Part shown: piece by piece, positions 12,766 through 25,080 of the stretch
Layout: the number at the start of each line of letters is the position of its first letter
Position numbering within the stretch: the first letter of the stretch is position 1
DNA from: Octopus sinensis
Lineage: Eukaryota
Assembly: GCF_006345805.1 (NCBI RefSeq)
Contig: NC_042998.1
Location: 111,104,001-111,168,000, forward strand
Length of the DNA stretch: 64,000 nucleotides
Direction: 5' to 3'
Made by a program: the position numbers and the translations under genes
The notes under the pieces: model-generated
What the model was told of the DNA's origin: nothing
Seen by the model: the letters and a program-made list of their open reading frames with translations, nothing else
Databases searched by the model: none

Positions 12766-13010
12766 ACTATGTACTATCCTTGCAATTGTTCACAACCAGG
12801 ATCAACGACGTACTGTCCAAGTCCATATCTCGAGCTCCAGGCCTTTTCGAAGCTGTAGCATCAACTCGCGCCTAATCCCGGACCGAGTAAGAAATGCGGA
12901 GATTTCAATGTTATCAATAATTAATGATAAGGCGCTTGTATGGGAAATAATGATTTCGCCGATGGCTATCACATCCAAATCTTGTAATCTTCGATTGCAG
13001 GTAATAATTC
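12766..13010 (-). pseudogene. Second APE N-terminal relic, paralogous to 11255-11470
   Basis: Clear nucleotide similarity to 11255-11470 (actat.tactatccttgcaa...gatggctatcacatccaaat); LQDLDVIAIGE. Confidence 0.65.
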
Positions 13011-13107
13011 TGATGTTGTTACTGACGCTACTGTTGTTTATGTTGGTACGGTTATTGCTGTTATTGTGGCTACTTTTAATCGCTCTTTTGCTGAACAACT
13101 AAATTAC

Positions 13108-13370
13108 GGAAACACATACACACCAGCACCGCTTGTCAAACGGCTGTGGGCGACAAACACAGATACGAAGTCTCACACACACACACATAGATATACTTAT
13201 GCATATACGTCGGGCTTCTTTCACTTTCCGTCTACCAAATACACTCACAAGGTATTGGTCAGCCCAAGGTTATAGTAGAAGACACTTACCCAACGTGTCA
13301 TGTTGTGGGATTGAACTCGGAACCATGTAGTTAGGAAGCAAGCTTCCTACCACGCAACCATGCCTGTGCC
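13108..13370 (-). mobile_element. SINE (family A), 5' half, diverged
   Basis: ggcttctttca.tttccgtctaccaaat..actcacaagg...tatagtagaagacact...gaactcggaaccatgt matches 6299-6720. Confidence 0.85.
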
Positions 13371-14501
13371 TACATACATACATACATGCATGCACACGTA
13401 ACACACACACATACATACATACATACATACATACATACATAACACATACATTCTTACATACTCACATGCATACATACATACATACGAAAATACATACATA
13501 CATCATGAAACACAAATCCAGATCATAGAAAGGTGGCTAAAGAAAGTCTAATTTATGCACTGCAAAGTAGAAATACACTACTAAAACTGGCCTTCCTCAC
13601 AAACACCGATTCTCTTAGCGTCTCCATCTAATTTTTCGATTCTAAGCTTCAATCTTTATATTTATTCCAAAAACAATATTACATGTAGAATTCTCCATTT
13701 TCAACATATTGCTTTTCATTTCTCCCGGCTACTGTTCTCCGCCTCCGCCAACTTATTGTTTTCTTCACTTTATTTGTGTCTAAATGTCCCTTTGCTTTTC
13801 TATTACCATTACATTAGATTGCAGTCCAATATGTACAGATATATCGCTATCACCTCCCTTTCTCTTCGTTTACTTTTGCATTCTGTATCATTTATTATTT
13901 ATTATTTATGCTATTTATACATTTATATTGTTACATCTCATTTTTCTATAACCCAAACACTTGAAACAGCTTTTGCATGATTTTTTACAACATATACATC
14001 CATAACTGTACGAGTATATCCATATATGTACATGCGTATTAACATATATGCATACATATGAGTTTGGATACGTATCTGTTTGCATATATACATGTGTAAG
14101 TTTGCATGCGTTTTTTATTCTTTAATATATTTATGTATATTTTAACTCACGCGCATCTTTTAAAATTTTGACTTTCTACATTTTATCTCTGCTTTCCTCT
14201 CATATCGATACGGGTATATGTGTGTATATAAGAAATGCATTTGTATATATGTGGATGTTCTTTCCCAATATAATATGTTTTTCTTTATTGGATGCATGTG
14301 TGCAAATACCGAGTTGTAAACACACGAAACAACTAAGTATATGTATTTCATCTTATGCATGAATACAAATGTATATATAAATATGGGTATGTATGTGTGT
14401 ATGTACATGCGTGTATGTATGCAAGCTCACATTTATATAATTATATATATGTATATGTAAACTGTAGCTAAACAGACGGACATGTAGACAGACAATCAAA
14501 C

Positions 14502-14555
<54 letters not shown>

Positions 14556-14574
14556 GTAGATAGATAGATAGATA
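14502..14574 (+). repeat. (GATA)n array, 3' flank of the Tx1-like element
   Basis: (GATA)n-AGTA-(GATA)4 directly abutting the element 3' end. Confidence 0.95.
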
Positions 14575-15022
14575 TGTTTCTTTATTAGCCACACAGGGCT
14601 GCACACAGATAGAACAAATTACAAGGTAGAGCTTTTCTTTTGAAGGTTTAAAAAAAATAAAAAATAAGAAAAAATAAAAAAAAAATAAAAAATAAAAAAT
14701 AAAAAATAAGAAAAAATAAAATAAAATAAAAATAAAATAAAAAAGGGGGGGTCGATCAAAAGGGATCGTAAAAGGAGAGAAAGAGGACAAAAAAAAAGGG
14801 GGAGGTTAAAAAAAAAGGGGGAGAGGAAAAAAATTGATCAATAGGGATCGTTATCACAGAAATGTCAATATGAAGTGTAAAGGGGGGGACAGGTGAGGTT
14901 TACCCGTGGAAAGAAAAGCCTACGGAAAAGACCACGGTAACCTCGGTCAATGAAGTCACATGTTATATTTCTTTTTTTTTTTTTTTTGCAAATAAGCAAC
15001 TCTCTGTATTAATTTTTACGGT

Positions 15023-18000
15023 TCATAGAATCATAGTCAAGGTGGCTTCGTCATTCATACGTGCCATCCTTGCTACATTCACCCGTCTTTTTTTAAAACA
15101 TTCACTAGACAAAACTTGCCTCTCTACTCTCACTTTTTTCTTCAAGTGATACTTGAAGAAGTTGATGAGAGATTGACCAGAGAGGAAAGTGTTTGTCTCT
15201 AATCCTTTCAGACGCGTCCACCAGATACATTCTTTCGCCATAGCCACAAGTATGATAAAAATAGCTCTTCCTTCCCGTTTGAAGGAAGGAGGCGTGACGA
15301 TATTAACGATAGACTCGGCTGATAAACCGACACGTCCCACACGTGACAGCAGTCGTTCGACATAAGCCCACAGGTGGGAAATTGCTGGACACTGCACGAT
15401 TGCGTGCAGAGCGGTTTCGTCGCTCTGCCCGCATCTCGGGCAGGTCGGCCCCGTGTTTCTCGAGCCATGCCTATAGAGCTTATCCCGAACGGGTAGCGCT
15501 TCTCGGTAGCACCGCCAGGCCAGGGATCTCTGGAAGTTGTCCATAGGTCCCGGGCCGAAAGTCGTTTGAAACAGGCGGGTCAGGTATTCCTCGTCGACGC
15601 CCAGGTTTGCCCCGAGCTCGTCGTCGTACCTCCCCTCCACTAATCCCCTATAGAAAGCTTTGGTTGTGTTGAAGTCACTCAAGGTCGACCCGGGACGGCA
15701 GAGTTGCTTGAGAGCAACGCGACACTCGCGGTGCCATTCGCCCTTCTTCGGCCTCTTTTTGATCCACGACTGTAGTTCGGTCATGGAGACGAGTTGCGGG
15801 AATGCGTGCCTCACAAACGGCGACCACACCTGTTCACCGTCGTCTACATAGAGCCGGAGATGTCGCAGTCTCAGCGCGTGCCTGCGCATCATCAACCACG
15901 GCATGCCCAGCCCTCCTTTTAACGGGTGTTGACAGCAAATGGATCGCCTGACCATCGGGACGCATCCTTTCCACAAGAAGCGGAAGAGGATGCGTTCTAG
16001 TTTGGTGATGGTAGGGTCGGGACAAGGTACGACGGTCAGGCGGTAGTAGATGATGGACGCGATGTACGCGTTCACCACCTCCGCCCGACCTTTTAGGGAC
16101 AGTTTCCTCTCGGCCCATTGCTGGGCGAGAGTGACCACCCTACTCGTTATCTCGTTCCAGTTCTTCTCCATTTGGAGGTCCGGACCGAACCAGACCCCGA
16201 GCAACTCAACCGGGCCGTCTGTTCAGCGTCCCACGACGGAGGTACTGGTGGACGGCATGGGTTTGCTTCTCCAGGTGCCGAGCCGCAAGCCCACTGACTT
16301 TTCCCGGTTGATTTTTGCTCCTGTCACCGCTTCGTAGTCTTTCAGTGTCTCGCCGACCCGCTCGATGTGCTCGTGGCTTGACACTATGACGGTGACGTCG
16401 TCCGCGTATGCCGACACGCTCGTCCCGCATCCTAATTCTCGCGGGATGCCCCTCAGAGTCGCCAGCTTCCGCAGTAGTGGCTCAAGAGTCAATACGTATA
16501 GAAGCGCCGAGAGGGGGCATCCCTGACGGACCGAACGTGCAATGTCGAAGGGTCTCGATAGATGTCCATTTACGCGAATTACCGAACGGATGCCTCTGTA
16601 CAAGGCAGCTATCCAGCCGCGGAAGACGGGACCGAAACCAGCCGCTCTCAGGACTGCCTCCAAGTATCGATGGTCTACCCTATCAAAGGCTTTCGATTGA
16701 TCCAAGTTGATCAGGGCCCCACCCATGCCAGGTTCGTTAACTACCCTGTCTATGATGTAGCGCATCAGATGGAGGTTGTCATGGATGCTCCGGCCCGGCA
16801 CGGCGCACGTTTGTGCGTTGTCGACCAGTTTCTCCATGACAAGCGCCAACCTCTTGGCTAACACCTTTGTCAAAATTTTCAGGTCTGCATTGAGCAGAGT
16901 GATTGGCCTAAAGTTATCTATAATGTTTCCCTTGTTTGGATCTTTCTTCAGCAGAGTTACAGCTCCTCGACTCACAAAACCGGGTATGCCCCCGTTTTGC
17001 TGCCAGTTGCAGTATACCGCTGCCAAGACGTCTCCAAACAAGTCTGGCATACAATAGTAAAATTCGTAGGGTAGACCATCCAAACCCGGTGATTTGTCCC
17101 TCGAGCATTCTGCCATCGCTTCCCGCACTTCCGCCGCCGTGATGGCACCTTCGCAGCACCCTGCCTTTCTTGTCGAGAGTCGTGGCAGGCTATGTAGGTA
17201 GGCACTGAAGTCTACCCTACGTTCTTGCCCTCCACTCGTCCCGAACAGTCGGGCAAAATGCTGCTGAAAGGCCTCACACATTTTACTTGGCTCGAGCAAT
17301 TCGCGCCCCTGTTCATCTACCAGTGACCGAATGGTGGCTTTGTTGCCCTGTTGCGCCTCTGCCACCCGGGCCTCTCTCGCGGCTCCAACACCTTCGTTCC
17401 TTAGAGCACGCATCCTAGCTCTGACAGCACATCCTTCGTGTTTGGCGTTGAAGTGTTGGTCGAGGGCCAACCTCGCCGCCAAAACGTCGGATGCGATGCC
17501 GCTTCTAATTGCCTCTTCTAGCTTCTTAACTAGCTCACCCTCTACTCTATTTCTATCTATGGCTAGTGCTTTGCTGTACCTAATCGCTTCTGCTTTTACT
17601 GCTCTCTTGAGGGCAAACCACCATTTGTTGTTGATGATGGCTCCCGTCAAAGCCCTCTTTACTAGTGTGCTAATCCGGTCTCTGAAAACTTGTCTGGACG
17701 GGAATGATGCGTTCAGTTTCCAGTACCCAGGACCCTGTCTATGTGCCTTATCTAAGTCTAGCGTACACGTCACCAATTTGTGATCCGTGTAGCTGACTGT
17801 GTGGAATTGTGGACATCCTAAGTTATCCTTGTCTACTGTCCTACACAGTATCCTATCTAGATACGATCTCGACGACCCACTGCGGTTGCTCCATGTCCAC
17901 GTTGGTGCATTTGGGTGGTCGAGTCGGTACCTGTCAGACAGTTGGAATCGTCTGAGCAGGTCTCTGAGGCATTTGCATCCCCTTCTGTTTCTGTCTCTAC

Positions 18001-18459
18001 CCACGTAGTCTACATGCGTGTCCAAGGTAGCATTCCAATCCCCCACTAAGAGTAAAGGACGAGACGTTCCCAAGAATACTTCTAGACGTCGAAAGAAATC
18101 CGCCCGACCTGTTAAGGGCGGTGCGTAGACTGATACGAGTCGAAAAGCGCACCCATTGCTGCCGTCAACATCCAGAACGATCAGTCTACCCTCCGGGTCT
18201 ACGAATATCGTCTTGACTTCGAGATCCAGGCTCTTGTGAAAAAGTACCGCGGTGCCACTACCGCCCATCCTCGGCAGACAGGGAGCGAAATAAATGTTAA
18301 ACTGTCCGCCAAACATGGACTTTAGGGCCCGTGGCTCGTGGAGTCTGGTCTCACTTATGGCTATGATTCCCAATCATGTGACTTGATGTCATTTAGGAGG
18401 TATCCTTGTTTCCAAGGAGACCCCAAGCCACGCGCATTCACACAACCAATCTTGACCAT
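15023..18459 (-). CDS. Tx1-like ORF2: APE endonuclease + reverse transcriptase + zinc-knuckle-like C-terminus (one frameshift near 18373, one TGA at 16223-16225)
   Basis: Starts MVKIGCVNARGL (ATG 18459). APE motifs IIAISETR, LVGDWN, SYLDRIL, YTDHKLV. RT motifs PGLDGLPYEFY, FRPITLLNADLKIL, LDQSKAFDRVDH, RQGCPLS, YADDV. CPRCGQSDETALHAIVQC. Track ORFs 16223-18373 and 15023-16204 are in the same frame, separated only by GR*TDGP (probably W). Confidence 0.92.
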
Positions 18460-18509
18460 GATTCTATTGGGGTGTGTGCTTTAAAACACACAAATGAAAG
18501 TACAGAGAG

Positions 18510-20222
18510 TTACTTACTTGTGTCGAAAGTTTTGGCTTCCTCGTTCTTTGATGTGTCTTCGAGGAGGTTTCTATATAGTTTTTGGGACAGATATTTCTGG
18601 AAACCCCCTACAGCATTTGGGAAGAGGGCTTTGAGTTTGTGGTGTTGTGTTTGTGTGATGTGTAGTATTTTGATGTGTTTGGGTGGTGTAGTGCGTGGAT
18701 GATTGCTATTTTTAAAGTCATCTTCACAAATGTTTGTGTATCCTGTGATGTACTCCATTAGTTTGGAGTCTTTTGTGTCTATCGCTGATAGCATTGTTTT
18801 TGTGGTGTCGGTGCTTGTTTTGTTGTGTATGGAGTTTTCAGGGTTCAGGTATCTCCCTGCTTTGGTTGCGATTTCTTGTTTGGTTTTTCTTGATCTTTTT
18901 CTTTTACCCCCTGTGGCTATTTGCCATTCTGTCGAACTTTCATCGTTAGATGAAAAGTCTGACGAATCAGCAGGGGGCAAGCGTCTGGGTGTGTTTGTGC
19001 GGTTGTAGATATTGTTGTGGTGCGCGGGGAGGGTGTTGCTGGGGGGTTTGTTGTGGTTATTGTCTCTCCTACATCCTTGGTGCTTGTCTTCTTCGTTGTT
19101 ATTCTTGGTGTTGGAATTGGTTTATTTGTTGTTGGTGGTGATGATTCTGTTCTTGGCGCTGGTGTTGGTGTTGTTTGGTTGGGTTGGTTTGTTCTTTGTT
19201 GTTTTTCCTGCATTTCCGCATACAGCTTCTTGACTAGCTGTCCATATTGTGGTGTGGGCAATAATCCTGGCTTTTGTGATTTTTCCTGTGGCTGTTGTTG
19301 TTGTTGTAATTTTGCGGCAGATTTGCACTCCTTTTTGAGGTGTGCCTCACTGCCACATGTATAGCATCGTGGCCTTCTGCCCTCGACTACTACGTATAAC
19401 TTGCGGCCATCCTCAAGATGTACGTGGGTGGGGATTTTATTTATGTCCTCTTGACTTATGTGGAAGAGGAACTCTATTCTCTTTCCCAGCCAGTCCTTGT
19501 TTTCCGAAACACCGATATCTAGGATGTTTATGTCCTCCATTTCGGATGTTACGGCGGATGTAATCCACAGTGTTGTAGTCACTTGGGGGACACCACTGAT
19601 AATGACTTTCGTCACCTTCTGGCCGAGGTAACTCGGTGTCAACGTTAGTTCATCAGAATGAAGGGTTATCATTGAGAATTTCTTCGCCAACTCTTCATTC
19701 TGAAAAACCACCTGTACGTGTGCGAACTTGTTCGCCCAAGTCACACAATCCTTGTATCCCCAGATGGGGCGTAAGCACTTTTCGACTTTGTCTGTGCTTG
19801 CCTTTTCTGGACTTTTTGTTTTTTTATTTGTGATTTTATATACAATTGTCTTTTTTTTCTCCTCATTCAGTATGTGCTGAGGTATGTGTAAGAGTATTTT
19901 TCCGTTTTGATTTGTAATAAGGTTTCTGCAATCTTTAATCTGTTGTGTAGTAAACGAAACTTTTGTTACCTTTTCTTTTATCGCCTCGGCGAAGTTTGTT
20001 GTTGTTTTGTTATTGTTGTTACTGTTGATGTTGATGGCAGGGGTGTGGGTTGTAGGTTTGTGGTTGCTGATTATGCAACTAGCAAGGGGTGGAAAATTGC
20101 CTGCGTAATTTAGTCCTGCATTAACGCAAATTTCGGCATTTCGTTTGCTTGTCGTCGTTATTTTTTCACTTGTTGGTGATGGAGTGAGCAGTGGTTGAAG
20201 GGAATTGTTGTTGTCGTCGTCG

Positions 20223-20254
<32 letters not shown>

Positions 20255-20614
20255 ATTGTCGTTCTTGGTGACGGCGGTGGTGTTAGTAGTATTAGTAGCA
20301 TTGACGGCACGGTCTTTGGTGGCGGTGATGGTGATGTTGGTATTGTTATTGGTGGCGACGCCTTTAGTAGGGATAGCAGTTTTAGTAGCAGATTCTGCCA
20401 TGGTGTTGTTGTCGGTGTTGGTGGTGGTGGTGGTGGACTCACTGATGGTGTTGACGGTGCTTGGCCTTGCGACCTTTGTTTTGTATTTGTTGCTGTTGTC
20501 GATGTTGATGGTGGCGGAGTTGTCAGGTTCAGCGTAAGGTAACAGAGCATCCTGTTTTTCTGCCTCTGCGTCACGGTTGACTTGCACCTCAGCCTCGTGG
20601 TGACCAGTGGCCAT
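18510..20614 (-). CDS. Tx1-like ORF1 (gag-like nucleic-acid-binding protein), apparently frameshifted once in the Thr/Pro-rich linker (~18980-19100)
   Basis: ATG 20614 (MATGHHEAE); Thr/Asn-rich N-terminus; RCYTCGSEAHLKKEC = CX2CX4HX4C; the C-terminal frame (18510-18980) stops 51 nt before the ORF2 ATG. Confidence 0.82.
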
Positions 20615-20837
20615 TTTGGAAATAAAATGGCTAAATGAAACCACGAAGGCTATGAGAATTTTTTCTTTTAAATTTTGCCCACAAGGGGCAAAATTTTGTG
20701 TAGATATTTATCAAAGGTTTACAGTGGATGTTGTTGCACAACTTTTAAACACAAAATATTTCACAATAAATAATTTTCAACGTACAAAATGACCAACTTA
20801 CGTGGAGCCCATTTGACTAGCGTCCGTCCGTCCGTCC

Positions 20838-20876
20838 AGATAGATAGATAGATAAGTAGATAGATAGATAGATAAG

Positions 20877-20950
<74 letters not shown>
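20838..20950 (+). repeat. (GATA)n array, 5' flank of the Tx1-like element
   Basis: A(GATA)4-AGTA(GATA)4-AGTA(GATA)n. Confidence 0.95.
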
Positions 20951-20954
<4 letters not shown>

Positions 20955-21223
20955 GCCCAGTATCCCCGACTAGTTAAGGCCTCTGCACAAATACGGACTA
21001 CCGGTTTCAATTCAATTGCGTATTCACTTGGGTACACGTCATTTCCTCGATTTGACGCGTACCTCATGAGGAGATTGAATGAACGGAATGTATATTACAC
21101 TTGTAATTTGCGCTGATTCTGCCTGAGCAAAGTGTATATCTGTTTTGGAATACTCAGTCATCTAGATATTAATCCAGCATTATCGAACAAACTCATTCTC
21201 ATCGCCGAGCGACAGAGATCTAC

Positions 21224-21297
<74 letters not shown>

Positions 21298-21372
21298 AGA
21301 AACTAACTTGGAAATGGATGCGTGGCATTCAATCAAATAAGAATATAAATATATATGTGTGTGTTATGCAGG

Positions 21373-21441
21373 TATGTATGTATGTATGTATGTATGTATG
21401 TATGTATGTATGTATGTATGTATGTATGTATGTATGTATGT
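21373..21441 (+). repeat. (TATG)n microsatellite
   Basis: Direct observation. Confidence 0.95.
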
Positions 21442-22399
21442 ATACATGCATATATATATACAGGACGTCACCAACAGTAAACAGCATGAAATACGAAAAC
21501 AAATGAGTTCAATACGTAAACAATGCGCGAATCAAATGGAAAATAGGGCAAGTAACATAAAGAATGACCCTTCATCAGTCGACTGTCTATCTACTCCCCA
21601 TTTCGAGCATTGAACAACAATATGAGTCATCGAAGCCAATTGCTTGCATAAGTACCAAATTAAAATTTGGGATTTATGGAGGCTCAAAGTTGGGAACAAA
21701 AACAGGACAGTGGAGACATACAAGGAAACCGAATGAAAACAAACCTGGTGGGTCGTTAGACCGGAATGAGGGTAAAACAGCGAACGCTGGAAAATATTTC
21801 TTTGATATAGAAAATATAGAAGAGAGAGATAGGATACGTACTGTCCTTAGGACAGTCCTGAAAGAAAAGAAAGGCGATCATGCGAGGAAGAGAAAATGGA
21901 CGATGGTCACATGTGAGCAACGGGAGAGAAACAGAGAAACAGAGAGGGAGAGAGAGGGACAGATAGAAAACGGTGAAGGGGAGAAAAAAGGAAATTAGAG
22001 AAAGAATGAGAGGGAAGACAGTATAGAGTGGAGTCGCATCATAAAGATTAAGATAAACTTGCTTGGAAATGGATGCGTGGTGTTCAAACAAATAATAATA
22101 TAAATAAGATATATACACACAGATATATATGTATGTCGGTGTGTATTTACCCGATGCATTTATGTACATGTGTATGTGCGCATGTATATATGTAATAAAT
22201 ACAACCAGAAATCTTTGTGTCAGAATCAGTTGATTTCCTTGCGTTTGTTAAAACAACGGAGCAAATTTTGTCTATAATCCAGCTACGTTTCGCAAACATT
22301 GGTAATAGCATTGTTACTTATACCACTACTAAATATCAGTATGAATTAGAAATGAATCATGAGACATCATCTCGCATGATATGTTTTATTCAGATGAAG

Positions 22400-22520
22400 A
22401 AATGACTCAACTATGATGTACGTAGCGCCTTAGAATTTGAAGAAGCGATTAGGGATTAGGATTGAACAGCACATGTATTGCATCCCATTAAGATGTACAG
22501 TTATTCTCAAACCGGAATTC
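22400..22520 (+). pseudogene. Possible highly degenerate GIY-YIG (PLE) fragment
   Basis: MYVAP...KKRLGIRIEQH resembles YVG.T..RL..RI.QH; little other support. Confidence 0.25.
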
Positions 22521-23394
22521 GTATCCAGTACAGAGAGTACCCCACCACTGCGGCCATCAAGCTAATGCTAAATTTGATACACAAGATTTGGGTGAAACTG
22601 AAACAATCGCATGAGATGAGTTTGTATGGCGCTACTCTGTCGGAACAATCACAGAACCACATGACGTCCAGTCTAACTTCTAATCACATTACCTTGTCTT
22701 TGCGCTATACATGCAATGCTGTGACTGCTATGCTTTTAAAAAGTCTGATAACCAAATTATTTTTGTACAAAGCATGTATGTATGACATACATACTTTTGT
22801 AAAGGATTTCGACTATCAGTCATGAAAATATTTTAAGCCAAATTACATAATTCCATCAGCTTAAAAATGTATTGAAATCCCGGCTTATTCTAGTATTGTA
22901 AGTAGTAAACTTAATCGAATGCCCGATTTAATTCTACTACTTAATGTTTGGGTGCTAGTTACAAATCCGAGAATAACCTCGTGTGTCGGCGTCTGGAAAA
23001 GAATCATGGATGCTGCTCTCCCTTCCTTTGCTTAAGCCTTTTGTTAAAAAATAAACTAAAGATTATATTAGTGTTTCCACTTGCTGTAAACAAGCTTCTC
23101 GTGGTTAACTGTCACTTAACCACTGGAGTTTTGTAAAAGAAATTATATAGATTTAGAGCCAAAATAAACAAGCACTTACAGAGAGTCTCCTAGGAATGCT
23201 TTCTTAAAAAATTTTGTAGCGTCAGATACATGCGTTATATTCTCAATTCCATTCATAATGATGGTTGACCAGGTTTTATGAGACATTAAGTAAATATTAA
23301 AAAAAAAAAAACATCTCTACAAAAACATCTCTTTTATTTCTCTATGGAATAAGGAAATACCGCAAATAGAAACAACTGCTTCTAAATGCTTTCT

Positions 23395-23720
23395 TACAGT
23401 GGAATTTAGAATTGTGTATGTCAGAGCTCCGCAAACGTGGATGAGAAATGACTATTTTGAGAAAGTTCAAAACCGTTTGGCAAACTCATTTCAATACCGA
23501 GAACTTTTCTGTTGACAGATTTGTAGTGACAGTGATAAGAAATGGATCTTAATTACAGAACTGTATGATAGCATGAGAAATCATAAAATATATAGTCTTC
23601 ATTAAAACCTCATTATCCAAGAGATCTATATCCCGAAAAATAGAGATTGAAGGCCGCTGGTGTTCAGGGAGTAGTATTGTCTATTAGGTTTGCTACTCAG
23701 AGAGTCTTCTTTGTTCATTT
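23395..23720 (+). pseudogene. Possible L1/Tx1-type APE remnant
   Basis: EFRIVYVRAPQTWMRNDYFEKVQ resembles FRLVSVYAP...R.DFF..L of the intact ORF2. Confidence 0.35.
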
Positions 23721-24649
23721 GTACACTATGAACAACACATGTAGATATCTGCTCCTAAATATCCAATACTAGTTAGAAACATTTCCGGAAAGAGTATAGC
23801 AATTATTATTTGATTGTACAATAGTAAATGTGACAAAATTCAGTTCGAGATACAATAACTAAATTGTTTTACATGCGGTTGGATATGCAATTTAAACCCC
23901 TTCATGGAAAACGCATTATGATACCCATATAAAACACTGCATGTTGTAAACAAAAATGATAAATTGCAAATACTATGAATCTAATTCACATAGTCAATTT
24001 TGCATATTTCACATCATACGGCTGACTTCATTGTTGATATGATTTTCAGTGGCAAAAATTAAAATAATTTACATTTATATACATTTTGAAACAGCGACAA
24101 AGCTGTTGTGAAAATACGGGGTACGGAGCTGTAGAACTGCAGCGATACTGCTGTTGAATTTTTTTTTAAATCACGATGCCGATTTAGAAATTTGTTCAAT
24201 TGCCCATTCTTAATTTGTGCAACGGGAACGATATATAACCACTTACGTAAGTAGTGTTTAGGGAGTTTAAGAGCACTTTTGCAACATTGAACAATTTTAT
24301 GAATGCTTTCCAAGACTACATAATTTGGGCGGGAAGGAACTCTTGATGGAATTCTCAAATCATGAATTAAGAGAATAATAAAATAACAAGCAGGATAAAA
24401 AAAGCATATAATAATAGAACAGGGCTCACAAAGTAAAGCAAGTCCAAATTCAATACACTGCCAGCGTATCTCCCACAACACATACAATGCAGAACCATCA
24501 CCAAATAAAATAATACAATATATAACCTACACTTTCACAATCTAATAACATCAAACAATACATACTTTTACATAATTGACAACTGATTCTATAATAAATT
24601 ACACACACGACCAACATTTCCTATCTTGGAACTATTTGTTGAGAACGCT

Positions 24650-25080
24650 CCAGTTGTCATTAGATACGGATGAATTCATTTTGTATAAATCTGATCGAAA
24701 TCTAAAATAGGGAAGACTTCGGTCAAGAAACAAATCTCTGCGTGCGGCTTTCTTGAAGAAGTTAGTAGTGATGGTACTTCCCTCTGTGATTCTGTGCTGG
24801 AGGCTGAGTAAAGAAAGGGATCTAGTTTTATTTCGATGTTATGAGCTGGGTGCTATGTCATCATTCGTATTCACGAATAATGTTAGCTTCTCCACGAGAT
24901 TTTAACGTTCCAACTGATACATATGAGTAATGCCCAGTATTTTGGTAGACTGGATTCCATGGGTATGTTTGATGACTCTGTAGGAAAAGCAGGGTAATGT
25001 AAGTGTTACACATGAAGATGCTAGAAATTATGGATGTTAGCGAAGAAGGCGAAGCAGTATAGATGATGCAGACGGTTAGC
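24650..25080 (-). pseudogene. Possible L1-type APE N-terminal remnant
   Basis: TLLFLQSHQT...YSYVSVGTLKSRGEANII resembles DI.FLQETH...S.GT.KSRGVAILI. Confidence 0.4.

Larger units (their letters stand above)
14575..20837 (-). mobile_element. Full-length Tx1-like (L1 group) non-LTR retrotransposon inserted in a (GATA)n array
   Basis: Gag-like ORF1 with CCHC knuckle; ORF2 with APE, RT and C-terminal CPRC..H..C motif; ~450-bp 3'UTR ending ...GGCTAATAAAGAAACA; (GATA)n on both flanks with a 17-bp duplication (14558-14574 = 20838-20854). Confidence 0.93.

Noticed and set aside
21564-21998. 144-aa ORF
   Set aside because: No recognisable domain; the C-terminus is a GA-repeat translation.
21307-22107. 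~45-bp direct repeat (cttggaaatggatgcgtgg...) at 21307 and 22062 as LTRs
   Set aside because: Too short and diverged, with no LTR hallmarks.
23609-23670. EIYIPK...RPL resembling group II intron RT domain 1
   Set aside because: No downstream RT domains; surrounding sequence fits an APE remnant better.
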